Of a stretch of DNA of 64,000 nt, positions 37,965 to 47,701 are shown piece after piece (the stretch's first letter is position 1; each line of letters starts with the position of its first letter). Origin of the DNA: Planctomycetota bacterium. GTDB lineage: Bacteria > Planctomycetota > Planctomycetia > Pirellulales > Pirellulaceae. The stretch covers positions 567,045 to 631,044 of the forward strand of contig JBCDEM010000001.1 in the NCBI GenBank assembly GCA_039179795.1. Reading direction: 5' to 3'. The notes under the pieces are model-generated. The model saw nothing but the letters and a program-made list of their open reading frames with translations. It was not told the DNA's origin and did not search any database. A program made the translations under genes and the position numbers.

Positions 37965-39393
37965 TCCGCAAGGCGTACATCTAAGCGGAGGCAAGATCAC
38001 AGGTGTCGTAAAGGTCCAGATTGATGCAGACGTGGAGTGCAAAGGCCTGGAAGTAAAGTCAGGTTGGCGTACACACGGGCGTGGTAACGTTGCCAGCGGC
38101 ACAGCCGGAACGATGACGCTTTTCCAAGGGCAATGGCGTGCTGGAGAAACGCAGGAGTACCGATTCGAGTTGCCCATTGCCGACTGGCCTCCGTCGTACC
38201 ACGGCTATTATCTGAGCGTTGATCACTACATCGATGTCCGTGCGAAGATTCCTTGGGCGTTTGATCCCAAGGCTTCTGAGCCGTTTCCCGTGGTCGCTAA
38301 TTGCGAACCCGAAGATGCGAAAATTGCCCGGAATGTGACCGAGATCAAAGGAATCGTCGGTGTTATTGTTACTGTCGTGATTCTCGGATTCGTCGTTGGA
38401 TTCTGTGTGATGTTGGCGGCGGCTGGACCGTTCGCTTTGTTCTTGTTGATCGTGCCCGTCATCGGCAGCATCTGGTGGTTCTTTCGCAAGTTCCTTCCGA
38501 AGTATCTGCTTGGAGATGTGCGGTTTGACTTTGATGCCGAGCATGTTTCACCTGGCGGAACCGCGAGTGGCCAATTGGTGATTCGGCCCAAGAAGAACGT
38601 ACCGGTCAACGCGATTTCACTTCACTTTCGTGCGCGAGAACAGTGTGTCAGTGGCAGCGGAAGTAATCGCAAAACACATACGCACGTGTTCCTGGATACC
38701 CAAGAAACCATCCAGCAAGCGACCACGCTGACAGCCGGTCAAGAACAGACTTTCCCCGTACATATCTCCATTCCTGCAGACGCTGCGTATTCGATGGAGT
38801 TGAGTGATAACAAGGTGATTTGGTCAACGACTCTGCGTGTCGATATTCCTCGTTGGCCCGATTGGGTGCGTGAGATTCCATTGCCCGTTCTACCGAGCGG
38901 CAAGACTGGCAGCTCGAAAACCAACCCGGATTCCACCCCGAAATCCACCGCACCCGCAAAGGGTGGCTCCGAATCATTTGGGACCCCGCAGGCCATCCCC
39001 GTGGGAGTGATGTTGGACGATCCATCGTTTGAGGAGCCGAGTCAGACTCAAATCACGTTCGAGGAAACGGCGAATCACATTTGGGACGTTCGAGAGGATC
39101 GCGAACAGGTGGAGATGTTGGTCGATGCGGTATCGGGTTTGACGTTCGATCTACAGGCTGAAATTGAACGTCGACTCTTGTACGCCGGCGAAGACGACGC
39201 GAATGTCTACGAAGACGGCTACGCGGTTTGGGCTCGCTACCCAGACCCTGACTTACCGTTAGTTCTTTATGTGCCCCACGAACTGGCTGATGAGTTCGAG
39301 CAGATCGGGCGAGAAATCTGGCGTGGGCGAGGGACGATCGTGGGCTGGGACGGATTGCATGGAAGATTGCAGATCCGAGTCGAGGTTCAATAG
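37930..39393 (+). CDS. Membrane protein with SpoOM/arrestin-like beta-sandwich domains
   Basis: N-domain ..ITGVVKV..YRFELP..PPSYHG..IPWAFD; TM hairpin; second similar beta domain; C-terminal domain. Fold call made by eye. Confidence 0.7.
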   Translation: MAKCDLSIVLDDPQGVHLSGGKITGVVKVQIDADVECKGLEVKSGWRTHGRGNVASGTAGTMTLFQGQWRAGETQEYRFELPIADWPPSYHGYYLSVDHYIDVRAKIPWAFDPKASEPFPVVANCEPEDAKIARNVTEIKGIVGVIVTVVILGFVVGFCVMLAAAGPFALFLLIVPVIGSIWWFFRKFLPKYLLGDVRFDFDAEHVSPGGTASGQLVIRPKKNVPVNAISLHFRAREQCVSGSGSNRKTHTHVFLDTQETIQQATTLTAGQEQTFPVHISIPADAAYSMELSDNKVIWSTTLRVDIPRWPDWVREIPLPVLPSGKTGSSKTNPDSTPKSTAPAKGGSESFGTPQAIPVGVMLDDPSFEEPSQTQITFEETANHIWDVREDREQVEMLVDAVSGLTFDLQAEIERRLLYAGEDDANVYEDGYAVWARYPDPDLPLVLYVPHELADEFEQIGREIWRGRGTIVGWDGLHGRLQIRVEVQ

Positions 39394-39527
39394 CGACCGT
39401 TGCCGCCGCGGGCCGTGTCCTTCTGCGGTGATTGAGGTCGTAAGTCGTCGAGTCGCCATTGGCTTCTCAAGCAGAAAGGATCGGTCTACACTCGCCGTTT
39501 TCCATCCGCGTTCGTTGTGCAGCCAGC

Positions 39528-40328
39528 ATGCCGTCACCCCGTGTTTTGATCCTTCGTGCACCTGGGACCAACTGTGATGAAGAGACCGCGTTCGCCTTTG
39601 AGAAGGCGGGTGCCGTCGCAGAACGTGTCCACGTGAACCGGCTCGCCGAGAATCCTGCGTTGAAGGATCGTTACCAGGTACTCTGCATTCCTGGTGGTTT
39701 CAGCTACGGCGATGATATCGCAGCTGGTCGTATTTTGGCGACAAGACTGCGTCAGCACTTGGCCGATCTGGTCGATGCATTCGTCCATGGCAAAGGGGAT
39801 CGCTTGGTGCTCGGAATCTGCAACGGTATGCAGGTGCTGATGCGTTTGGGAGTTTTAACCGAGGGTGTCGGCGAAGGAGAAAGCGCACCCGCAACGCTGA
39901 CATGGAATAACCACGGTCGATTCGAGGACCGTTGGGTTCATTTAGCCGTCGATGAGACTCCTTGTGTTTTTCTCCGTGGGATTCGTCACGCCTATCTGCC
40001 GATGGCTCACGCCGAAGGAAAGTTTGTCGCCGCGAATGCTGAGGTACTGGATCAGCTACAAAACCAAGGGCGGCTGGCGATTCGGTACACCAGTGGCGAA
40101 CAAGGTGAAGTTCAGACCGAGCGACTGCCCTTTCCCGACAATCCCAATGGTGCCGACGCGAATGTCGCTGGAGTGTGCGATTCATCCGGCCGCGTGTTCG
40201 GATTGATGCCGCATCCCGAACGCCATATTGATCCGCTGCAGCATCCATATTGGACTCGCCGGGATGAGCAACCGGCGGAAGGCGACGGCATGGCGATGTT
40301 CCGAAACGCCGCCGAGTGGTTCGAATAA
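39528..40328 (+). CDS. purQ: Phosphoribosylformylglycinamidine synthase subunit PurQ
   Basis: RAPGTNCD, PGGFSYGD, LGICNGMQ, AHAEG, NPNG, GLMPHPER. Confidence 0.96.
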   Translation: MPSPRVLILRAPGTNCDEETAFAFEKAGAVAERVHVNRLAENPALKDRYQVLCIPGGFSYGDDIAAGRILATRLRQHLADLVDAFVHGKGDRLVLGICNGMQVLMRLGVLTEGVGEGESAPATLTWNNHGRFEDRWVHLAVDETPCVFLRGIRHAYLPMAHAEGKFVAANAEVLDQLQNQGRLAIRYTSGEQGEVQTERLPFPDNPNGADANVAGVCDSSGRVFGLMPHPERHIDPLQHPYWTRRDEQPAEGDGMAMFRNAAEWFE

Positions 40329-40398
40329 CAACCAACCTGAGCGGTTTTGGATTGATGGCTCAGCGAATCGTGAGCATGCAATACAAACTCACGATGCC

Positions 40399-40818
40399 TC
40401 AGATCTTGCAAACGCCGTCTTCACAGTTCTTGCCGGCCAGCTTGTATCGGCGTTTAGCAACTTGGCGGTAGAGCCATCGCCACAATCCAGCCGTTCCCGG
40501 GAGATGCAGGATGGGAGCGGCAAGCCAGAGCGTTGGTAGACGCCGCGAAAGGTATCGCACCGCATCAGCTCCCGCGTGGCGCCGATCTTGGCCGTCGATG
40601 ACGTACATCTGCTCCATCAAATCCTCATGACTGAGGTCGGGATACCTTTCACCGACACGCGGGTCATGGAGAGAGATAAATGAGAGGCGATTTCCGAAAC
40701 AGTCCAGCCTCCTCAGATTCTGAACCTGGGAACGGCAGAAATTGCATTGACCGTCGTAAATCACGACGTCAGCGTCAGTTACGGTGTCTGGATCAGGTAA
40801 TCCCGGGCCGCGAAGCAT
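40399..40818 (-). CDS. DCC1-like thiol-disulfide oxidoreductase (DUF393)
   Basis: YDGQCNFC motif, YRQVAKRRY. Start uncertain (40818 or 40869). Confidence 0.85.
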   Translation of the reverse strand: MLRGPGLPDPDTVTDADVVIYDGQCNFCRSQVQNLRRLDCFGNRLSFISLHDPRVGERYPDLSHEDLMEQMYVIDGQDRRHAGADAVRYLSRRLPTLWLAAPILHLPGTAGLWRWLYRQVAKRRYKLAGKNCEDGVCKI

Positions 40819-41018
40819 GTTTCCACTCAAAAAAATGCGGATTTCGCCTTCAATGGAAGGGGGTACCACTCCCTATACTTATCATACATTAGTTTTCGAA
40901 GACGCCTTCGTTTCCGAATAACTCTTCGGGAGGTCGCTTTGAGCGACCGACTAAGAGTGTAACCGTATTTGCCAGCCCGACGGTCACGACAGAAATGTGG
41001 CCCCACGAGGATGCGACG

Positions 41019-42653
41019 ATGAACCGAATTGAACGAAAAGTGCATTCTGCCCGCAGACGTGTAATTTTGGGGCGTTTCGGAAGAGCCTTGTGCATCACTC
41101 TGTTTGCCGGACTGGTTATCGCAACCATCGCGATTGCGTTGCCTGCGCTGCGTCCAATGAACATCAATTTTGAGACGTGGGTCTACGCCTGGATTGGCGG
41201 CACGACGGTCGCCGCTCTGCTGGCAGCGGCAACTTACGTTTTGGTGACCGCTCCCTCGGTGGAGTCGGTGGCGGTGGAAGTCGACAAGCGATTTGGCTTG
41301 CGGGAACGTCTGAGCAGTTCGATGACGCTGCACGAGGAGGAAAGAGATTCGGAATTTGGTTTGGCCTTGATGACCGATGCGGAAAAGCGTGCCGATCAAT
41401 TGGCCGTCGCCGATCGATTTGCACTTCGGCCGACCAAACTTGGGCTGTTGCCTGTTTCGATCGTCCCAATCCTCGCCATCATGTTGCTGCTGATTGAGCC
41501 AATGAGTGAATCAAGCGCCAGCAGTCTTTCCGAAGCCGAGCTTCGACAGGCGAAGCAGATTCAGACCGCCGCCGCCCAATTGAAGAAGCGGATACAGCAG
41601 TACCGTCGAAAAGCGGAGTCGGAGGATCTGAAAGAAGCGAAAGAGATGTTCGAGAAGATGGAGGCCAACCTCGATCAGATCACCAAGCGGAAAGACATGA
41701 GCCGTAAAGACGCCATGATCGCCATGAATGATTTGAAGAAACAGTTGGAGGAGCGTCGCCAGGAAATCGGCTCATCCGATCAATTGCGTCGGGCCATGTC
41801 CCAGATGAATGGACTTGAGACGGGACCAGGCGAAAAAGTCGCCAAATCAATGGAACGCGGTGAATTTGGTAAGGCCAAAGAAATGGCTAAACAACTGGCC
41901 GATCAAATTCGGAAAGGCAATTTGAGCGAACAGGATAAAGAGAAGCTCAAGAAGCAAATTGAGCAGATGAAGAAGGCAATCGAAAAAGCCGCTGCGGATC
42001 ACGAACGCAAAAAACAAGAGTTGCAGGACAAGATCGAGCAGGCTCGCCAGGAAGGTCGATCCGCCGATGCCGCAAAAATGCAGCAGCAGCTTAATCAGCT
42101 TCAGCAAAAGGATTCGCAGATGAAGAAGATGTGCGAAATGGGCCAGTGCATGGGCGACGCGGCCAAAGCGATGGAGCAAGGCAACTCAGCACAAGCCGCT
42201 GATGCTCTGGATCAGATGGCTGAACAACTCGGCGAAATGCAGCAAGAAATGGCTGAGTTGGAAGACCTGCAGTCAGCACTCGATCAGTTGTCGCAGTCAA
42301 AAAACCAAATGCGAAGTGATGAGTTCGGAGAGGGACAGGGTTTTGGCCAAGGGGAAGGTGAAGGCGAAGGGAACGGACTCGGCTCGGGCACCGGTTATGG
42401 TGATCGTCCTGAACAAGAAGAAGACACAAACACCTACGAAACGCAGGTTCGCGGCGACGTCAAACGCGGTCGAGCCGTGATTGCGGGTTTCGCTGATGGT
42501 CCCAACCGTAAAGGCGTTTCACGCGAAGATGTGAAGGCGGCTGTTGAGAGTGCACTGACGGAGGAAAGCGATCCAGCAGAGAATCAAATTCTGCCCCGGA
42601 CCGAACGCGAACACGCTCAGCAGTACTTCGACCAGCTCCGCGAAGGCGACTGA
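41019..42653 (+). CDS. Membrane-anchored long coiled-coil protein with Gly-rich C-terminal segment
   Basis: Three N-terminal hydrophobic segments, Q/K/E/M-rich heptads, GEGQGFGQGEGEGEGNGLGSG, C-terminal LPRTEREHAQQYF. Confidence 0.8.
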   Translation: MNRIERKVHSARRRVILGRFGRALCITLFAGLVIATIAIALPALRPMNINFETWVYAWIGGTTVAALLAAATYVLVTAPSVESVAVEVDKRFGLRERLSSSMTLHEEERDSEFGLALMTDAEKRADQLAVADRFALRPTKLGLLPVSIVPILAIMLLLIEPMSESSASSLSEAELRQAKQIQTAAAQLKKRIQQYRRKAESEDLKEAKEMFEKMEANLDQITKRKDMSRKDAMIAMNDLKKQLEERRQEIGSSDQLRRAMSQMNGLETGPGEKVAKSMERGEFGKAKEMAKQLADQIRKGNLSEQDKEKLKKQIEQMKKAIEKAAADHERKKQELQDKIEQARQEGRSADAAKMQQQLNQLQQKDSQMKKMCEMGQCMGDAAKAMEQGNSAQAADALDQMAEQLGEMQQEMAELEDLQSALDQLSQSKNQMRSDEFGEGQGFGQGEGEGEGNGLGSGTGYGDRPEQEEDTNTYETQVRGDVKRGRAVIAGFADGPNRKGVSREDVKAAVESALTEESDPAENQILPRTEREHAQQYFDQLREGD

Positions 42654-42710
42654 GTTGTCTTTCGGAAATCGCCAGGAATCTCTACCGGTCCTAGGCCGCA
42701 ACAACTCGGC

Positions 42711-45506
42711 TTAGGACTTGAGGTCCGCAAAAGCTTCTTCGATCAATTCGGCCTGTTCGAGCCGATGGGTTGCCATGCTTCCCGTGCTGGGGCTAGCAGA
42801 TTCTGCACGGCTTACGCGTTTGAGCTTGAATTTGCTGGACAGCAGTTCGCCGAAAATCAGCTTGAGATACGGCCATCCACCCATGTTGGTCGGCTCCTCT
42901 TGAACCCAGAACAGCTCCTTGCCGTCTGCGAGGCCGTCCAAGGCGGACAGCAGGTCTTGCTCGCTTAGCGGATAAAGTTGCTCCAGCCGAACGATCGAGA
43001 CATTCGAAATTCCCCGCTCCTCACGTGCCTCCAACAGGTCGTAATAGACTTTTCCGGTGCACAGCAACAAGCGATCGGCTTGCGACGGCGCAACTTTCTC
43101 GTCGCCGAGCGTCTTGTGGAATTGTCCCTTCGCCAAGTCATCGATTGGACTGACGACTTTTGGGTGTCGGAGCAGGCTCTTCGGTGTGAGCACAACCAGC
43201 GGCTTTCGCCATTTCCGAATCACTTGTCGCCGAAGCAGATGAAAATACTGCGCGGGCGTTGTGGGTTGGCAAACTTGAATGTTGTGTTCGGCACTCATCG
43301 CCAAGAATCGTTCAACGCGGGCACTACAGTGCTCGGGTCCTTGGCCCTCAAATCCGTGGGGCAGCAGCATCACCAATCCACTGAGTCGATTCCATTTATC
43401 CTCTGCACTGGCGATGAACTGGTCGACAATCACTTGGGCACAGTTCCAGAAATCACCGAATTGAGCTTCCCAAACCACGAGCCCGTCGGGGCAGTCGAGT
43501 GAATACCCGTACTCGAACCCGAGAACGCCGGCTTCACTGAGCGGGCTGTTGTAGAGCTCGAGTGGCGCTTGGTCATCCGATAGGTGTGCGAGAGGCGTGT
43601 ACGTCGATCCGTTCTTCGTGTCGTGAAGGACGGCGTGCCGCTGGCTAAACGTACCGCGCTGGCAGTCCTGGCCGGTCATGCGAATTCCGTGACCGGAGAT
43701 CAACAGCGAGGCAAAAGCTGCCGCCTCCGCAGTCGCCCAATCCAGTGGGCGTTCTCCTTCGGCCATTTCACGCCGCAAAGCCATGGGACGCTTCAGTTTT
43801 TTGTTCGCTGCGAAACCGGTCGGCAAGCGTGTGAGCGAATCCAGTAGATCGCTCAGTTGCTGCCGGTCGAACGAAGTATCGGTCGGTTCGGCCGGTTCGT
43901 GACCGCCGAAATACTCACTCCAATTGGCGGCCAGTGTTTGAATATCGGGTACGAACTGCTCGTTTTTGCTGGCGGCGAACTCTGATTCCAACTTTTCGGT
44001 TCGCTCTTTTTGGATCTCCTCCGCCTCGTCCGAGTTGATTTTGCCGAGTTCCAAGAGCCGAGCCAGATACTGCTCGCGCACCGTGGCTCGGCGATCAATC
44101 TCCTGATACATCTTTGGCTGGGTAAATCGAGGTTCATCACCCTCGTTGTGACCCCAGCGTCGGAACGCATACAGATCGATGACGACGTCTCGATGGAATT
44201 CTTTCCGGAAATCCATCGCAAGGGAGACGACTTGGGCGACTGCTTCTGGATCTTCCCCGTTCACGTGGAAGATCGGAATTTGCAGCATTTTGGCGATGTC
44301 AGTTGCATAGGTCGTGCTGCGACCATGACTGGGCTCGGTCGTGAATCCGACTTGATTATTGATCACGATGTGTAGCGTCCCGCCAGTGCGGTATCCGTCT
44401 AATTCGCTCAGGTTCAGCGTTTCCTGAACGACTCCTTCACCTGCGAAGGCGGCATCACCGTGGACCAAAATGGTCATCACTTCTTGGCGTTTCGTGTCTC
44501 CCGCGCGGTCTTGTTTGCAGCGAGTGCGGCCTTGGGCAACGGTGTTTACGTATTCCAAGTGGCTGGGATTGAAGCACAGCGAAATGTGGATGTTGTCGCC
44601 GGACGCCGTTTTCCAATCGCTGCTATATCCCAGGTGGTAGCGAACGTCTCCACCGCCACGGTTCAATTCGGGATTTGGATCGTCGAACGACCAAAAGATA
44701 TTCATGGCCCGTTTTTTCAGGATATTGGCCATGACATTTAGGCGTCCGCGATGGGCCATCCCCATGACGACCTGTCGAACGTTGTGCTGCGCCGCTTTCT
44801 CGAGAGCGAGATCCAGCATGGGGATCAGCGTTTCTGCACCCTCCAGAGAAAACGTCTTTGCTCCCACAAACTTTCGTCGGACAAACTCTTCGAAAATCGT
44901 GGCGTCAGCCAACCGCGCGTAAATCCGTCTCTGGACGTCGTGCGAAAGCTCCAAACGGTTTTCGGTCGTCTCCATTCGCCGCTGCAACCAGTCTCGGATG
45001 CTGCGACGGTTGATGTGCATGAATTGCACGCCAATGCTGCGACAGTAGGTGTTCTGCAGACGGCTGAGAATTTGGTGAAGCGTTCCACCGACGACGTTTT
45101 CTAAGGCACTGCTATCAAAGGGTCGGCTGAGGTCGTCTTCGCTCAGTCCGTAGATTTCAGGGCTCAGTTCGGGGCGATCGGGACGGACAAAACCGAGCGG
45201 ATCCAAGTTCGCCACCAAGTGCCCGCGGACTCGATACTCGCGAACCAGATTGTTGACACGATCCTGAATTCGGGAGAGCCAGAGGGCTTGATCTGCCGCT
45301 TCGTCGCCCGTCGATCCACGGCGGGGCGGGCTCGTCGTCGGACGTTTGGCCGTCGCGACTGCACCGTTGTTCGATTTGGGCGGAGTAGCAGATCCAACGA
45401 CTAAGAACTGCTCAAAGTACTTTCGCCACGTCTCGGAAACGCTGTCAGGATCGTGGACATATTGGACGTACAAATCGTCGATGTAGTCCAAGCTGTAGCT
45501 ATTCAT
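42711..45506 (-). CDS. sucA: 2-oxoglutarate dehydrogenase E1 component
   Basis: KTFSLEG, MAHRGRLN, FNPSHLE, HGDAAF, GHNEGDEP, WEAQFGDF, HGFEGQGPEH. Start 45506 or 45551. Confidence 0.97.
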   Translation of the reverse strand: MNSYSLDYIDDLYVQYVHDPDSVSETWRKYFEQFLVVGSATPPKSNNGAVATAKRPTTSPPRRGSTGDEAADQALWLSRIQDRVNNLVREYRVRGHLVANLDPLGFVRPDRPELSPEIYGLSEDDLSRPFDSSALENVVGGTLHQILSRLQNTYCRSIGVQFMHINRRSIRDWLQRRMETTENRLELSHDVQRRIYARLADATIFEEFVRRKFVGAKTFSLEGAETLIPMLDLALEKAAQHNVRQVVMGMAHRGRLNVMANILKKRAMNIFWSFDDPNPELNRGGGDVRYHLGYSSDWKTASGDNIHISLCFNPSHLEYVNTVAQGRTRCKQDRAGDTKRQEVMTILVHGDAAFAGEGVVQETLNLSELDGYRTGGTLHIVINNQVGFTTEPSHGRSTTYATDIAKMLQIPIFHVNGEDPEAVAQVVSLAMDFRKEFHRDVVIDLYAFRRWGHNEGDEPRFTQPKMYQEIDRRATVREQYLARLLELGKINSDEAEEIQKERTEKLESEFAASKNEQFVPDIQTLAANWSEYFGGHEPAEPTDTSFDRQQLSDLLDSLTRLPTGFAANKKLKRPMALRREMAEGERPLDWATAEAAAFASLLISGHGIRMTGQDCQRGTFSQRHAVLHDTKNGSTYTPLAHLSDDQAPLELYNSPLSEAGVLGFEYGYSLDCPDGLVVWEAQFGDFWNCAQVIVDQFIASAEDKWNRLSGLVMLLPHGFEGQGPEHCSARVERFLAMSAEHNIQVCQPTTPAQYFHLLRRQVIRKWRKPLVVLTPKSLLRHPKVVSPIDDLAKGQFHKTLGDEKVAPSQADRLLLCTGKVYYDLLEAREERGISNVSIVRLEQLYPLSEQDLLSALDGLADGKELFWVQEEPTNMGGWPYLKLIFGELLSSKFKLKRVSRAESASPSTGSMATHRLEQAELIEEAFADLKS

Positions 45507-45732
45507 AGATTGGGTGGGAATCCGGACAGGTGATGAATCGACCTGTTCCAACGGGGGGAGAATTCAAGCAGGCAGTGCAACGAATCCAAGTAGCTGACAA
45601 AGTTCTCTCTACAACAAACGTCCAAATCGCTTCCAAAGACCCAAGTGTTTTCCGGGCTTCGATTCCGGGACGTATCTGAACTGACGGCTCGATTGTGCAA
45701 TGTAGATAATTGACCACGGGCGTGGTAGCCAG

Positions 45733-45762
45733 AGATTATTGGAATCAGATTATTGGAATCAG
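45733..45762. repeat. 14-bp tandem direct repeat
   Basis: AGATTATTGGAATC x2 plus AG in the divergent sucA / ABC-F intergenic region. Confidence 0.9.
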
Positions 45763-45882
45763 GGGCTTAGATGGGAAGAGAAATCCCGTCCCACCGTTGT
45801 CGAAATGCCCTCGGTTGCTATCCTCGCAGTCACTTTATCCTAGTTCACAGCCTGCCCTACTCGATGCCCCAGTTTTGAATTC

Positions 45883-47667
45883 ATGGCCGTTTTGATTCAG
45901 GTCCGTGATGCCCACAAACGCTACGGCGACCAAGTGTTGCTGGACGCTGCCGAAGTGTCACTGGTGGACGACGTCAAAGTCGGGTTCATTGGGCGCAATG
46001 GCGCGGGCAAATCGACGTTCCTGAAGGTGCTGCTCGGTGATGAGGAGCTGGAGACAGGCGAGGTTACCCACCACCCGAAGTTGAGGATTGGTTACCTACG
46101 ACAGCATGATCCGTTTCAGCCGGGAGAGTCTGCGCTCGACTTTCTGATTCGCGACAGTGGGCAGCCGGACTGGCGATGCGGCGAAGTCGCCGGGCAGTTC
46201 GAGTTGAAGGGTGATTACCTGGAGGGTCCGGTCAAAGCGTTATCGGGCGGATGGCAGACCCGCGTGAAGCTGGCGGCGCTGCTGCTCCATGATCCCAACC
46301 TCCTGATGCTCGACGAGCCGACCAACTTTCTCGACCTGCGAACTCAGATCTTGTTGGAACACTTCCTGCGAGGCTTCAACAAGGCAGCACTGATCGTTAG
46401 CCACGACCGTGCGTTTTTGGAGGCGACATGCTCTCAAACGCTTGAATTGTCCCGTGGCAAACTGACGATGTTTCCTGGCAAGATTGACGCGTTCCTGGAG
46501 TATCGCGAAGAACGCAGGGAGCATGACCGCCGTGTCAATTCGACGGTCATTGCAAAGCAGAAACAGTTGCAGCGGTTTATCGACAAGAATCGAGCGAACG
46601 CCTCGACCGCTAGTCAAGCCAAGAGCAAAGCGAAGCAACTTGAAAAACTACAGACCGTCGAAATGGAAGTGGACGAACCAACCGTCCACATCCGTGCACC
46701 GCGTGTCGAGCCAAGACGTGGAACAGCAGTTCGTTGTGAAGGCTTGGCGATCGGTTACACAGATCATGTCGTTGCGGACAGCATCGGGCTGGAAATTGAA
46801 CATGGTGAGCGAGCTGCGATCGTGGGCGACAACGGGCAGGGTAAGACGACCCTACTGCGGACACTTGTTCATTCGCTTGACCCACTGACCGGCTCGGTGA
46901 AGTGGGGACACGGCGTCGATATCGGCACCTACGCGCAGCACGTTTATACGTCTCTGGATGAGCGGATGACCGTGTTGGAGCACTTGGAGTATGTCTCAGA
47001 CAATCAAACAACGCGGCAAGATTTGCTTGCCATGGCAGGCACGCTGCTGTTCCGAGATGATCAGATTCAAAAGAAGGTCAAAGTACTCAGCGGTGGCGAA
47101 CGGGCGCGGTTATGCATGGCGGGGCTGTTACTGGGAACCGACAACGTGCTCGTGCTCGACGAACCAGGCAACCACTTGGATGTCGAAACCGTTGAAGCAC
47201 TGGCCGAGGCATTGGAGCAGTATCGCGGGACGGTTGTCTTCACCAGTCACGACCGGCACTTCATGCATCGTGTCGCTACCAGTGTCGTAGAGGTCCGCGA
47301 TGGAAGCGTCAAAAACTACTTCGGCAATTACGACAGTTACCTGCGGTCAGTCGAAAAGGAAGTCGATGACGGCGAGCGGGAACGAGCACAAGCAAGCGGA
47401 TCCAAGTCGCCGCGGGGCGGCGCAAATGGCAAGCCAAAGTCGGACTATCGCCAACAACAACGGGATCAGCGAAAAACCGAAAAGGAGATCAAGAATTTGG
47501 AAAAGCGAATCGCGCGTTTGGATGACCAAAAACGTGATTTGAACGAGCAGCTACTCAGTGAATCGGATCCGCAGAAGGCCGTTGAGCTGCATGAGACGCT
47601 GACGCAAATTTCCGAAGAATTGGAATCCGCGGAAGAACGTTGGATGGAATTAAGCAGTGAACAGTAG
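45883..47667 (+). CDS. ABC-F family ATP-binding protein
   Basis: Two NBDs (GRNGAGKST/LSGGWQ/LDEPTN and GDNGQGKTT/LSGGER/LDEPGN), no TM, C-terminal coiled coil. Confidence 0.95.
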   Translation: MAVLIQVRDAHKRYGDQVLLDAAEVSLVDDVKVGFIGRNGAGKSTFLKVLLGDEELETGEVTHHPKLRIGYLRQHDPFQPGESALDFLIRDSGQPDWRCGEVAGQFELKGDYLEGPVKALSGGWQTRVKLAALLLHDPNLLMLDEPTNFLDLRTQILLEHFLRGFNKAALIVSHDRAFLEATCSQTLELSRGKLTMFPGKIDAFLEYREERREHDRRVNSTVIAKQKQLQRFIDKNRANASTASQAKSKAKQLEKLQTVEMEVDEPTVHIRAPRVEPRRGTAVRCEGLAIGYTDHVVADSIGLEIEHGERAAIVGDNGQGKTTLLRTLVHSLDPLTGSVKWGHGVDIGTYAQHVYTSLDERMTVLEHLEYVSDNQTTRQDLLAMAGTLLFRDDQIQKKVKVLSGGERARLCMAGLLLGTDNVLVLDEPGNHLDVETVEALAEALEQYRGTVVFTSHDRHFMHRVATSVVEVRDGSVKNYFGNYDSYLRSVEKEVDDGERERAQASGSKSPRGGANGKPKSDYRQQQRDQRKTEKEIKNLEKRIARLDDQKRDLNEQLLSESDPQKAVELHETLTQISEELESAEERWMELSSEQ

Positions 47668-47701
47668 AGTGTGGGTCAGACACGAGGAGCTTTGACGTCC
47701 G

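Noticed and set aside
39528-40328. purQ without adjacent purL/purS
   Set aside because: Scattered pur genes are common; nothing else unusual in the protein.
42711-45506. sucA without sucB/lpd
   Set aside because: Unlinked dehydrogenase subunits are common; the E1 looks intact.
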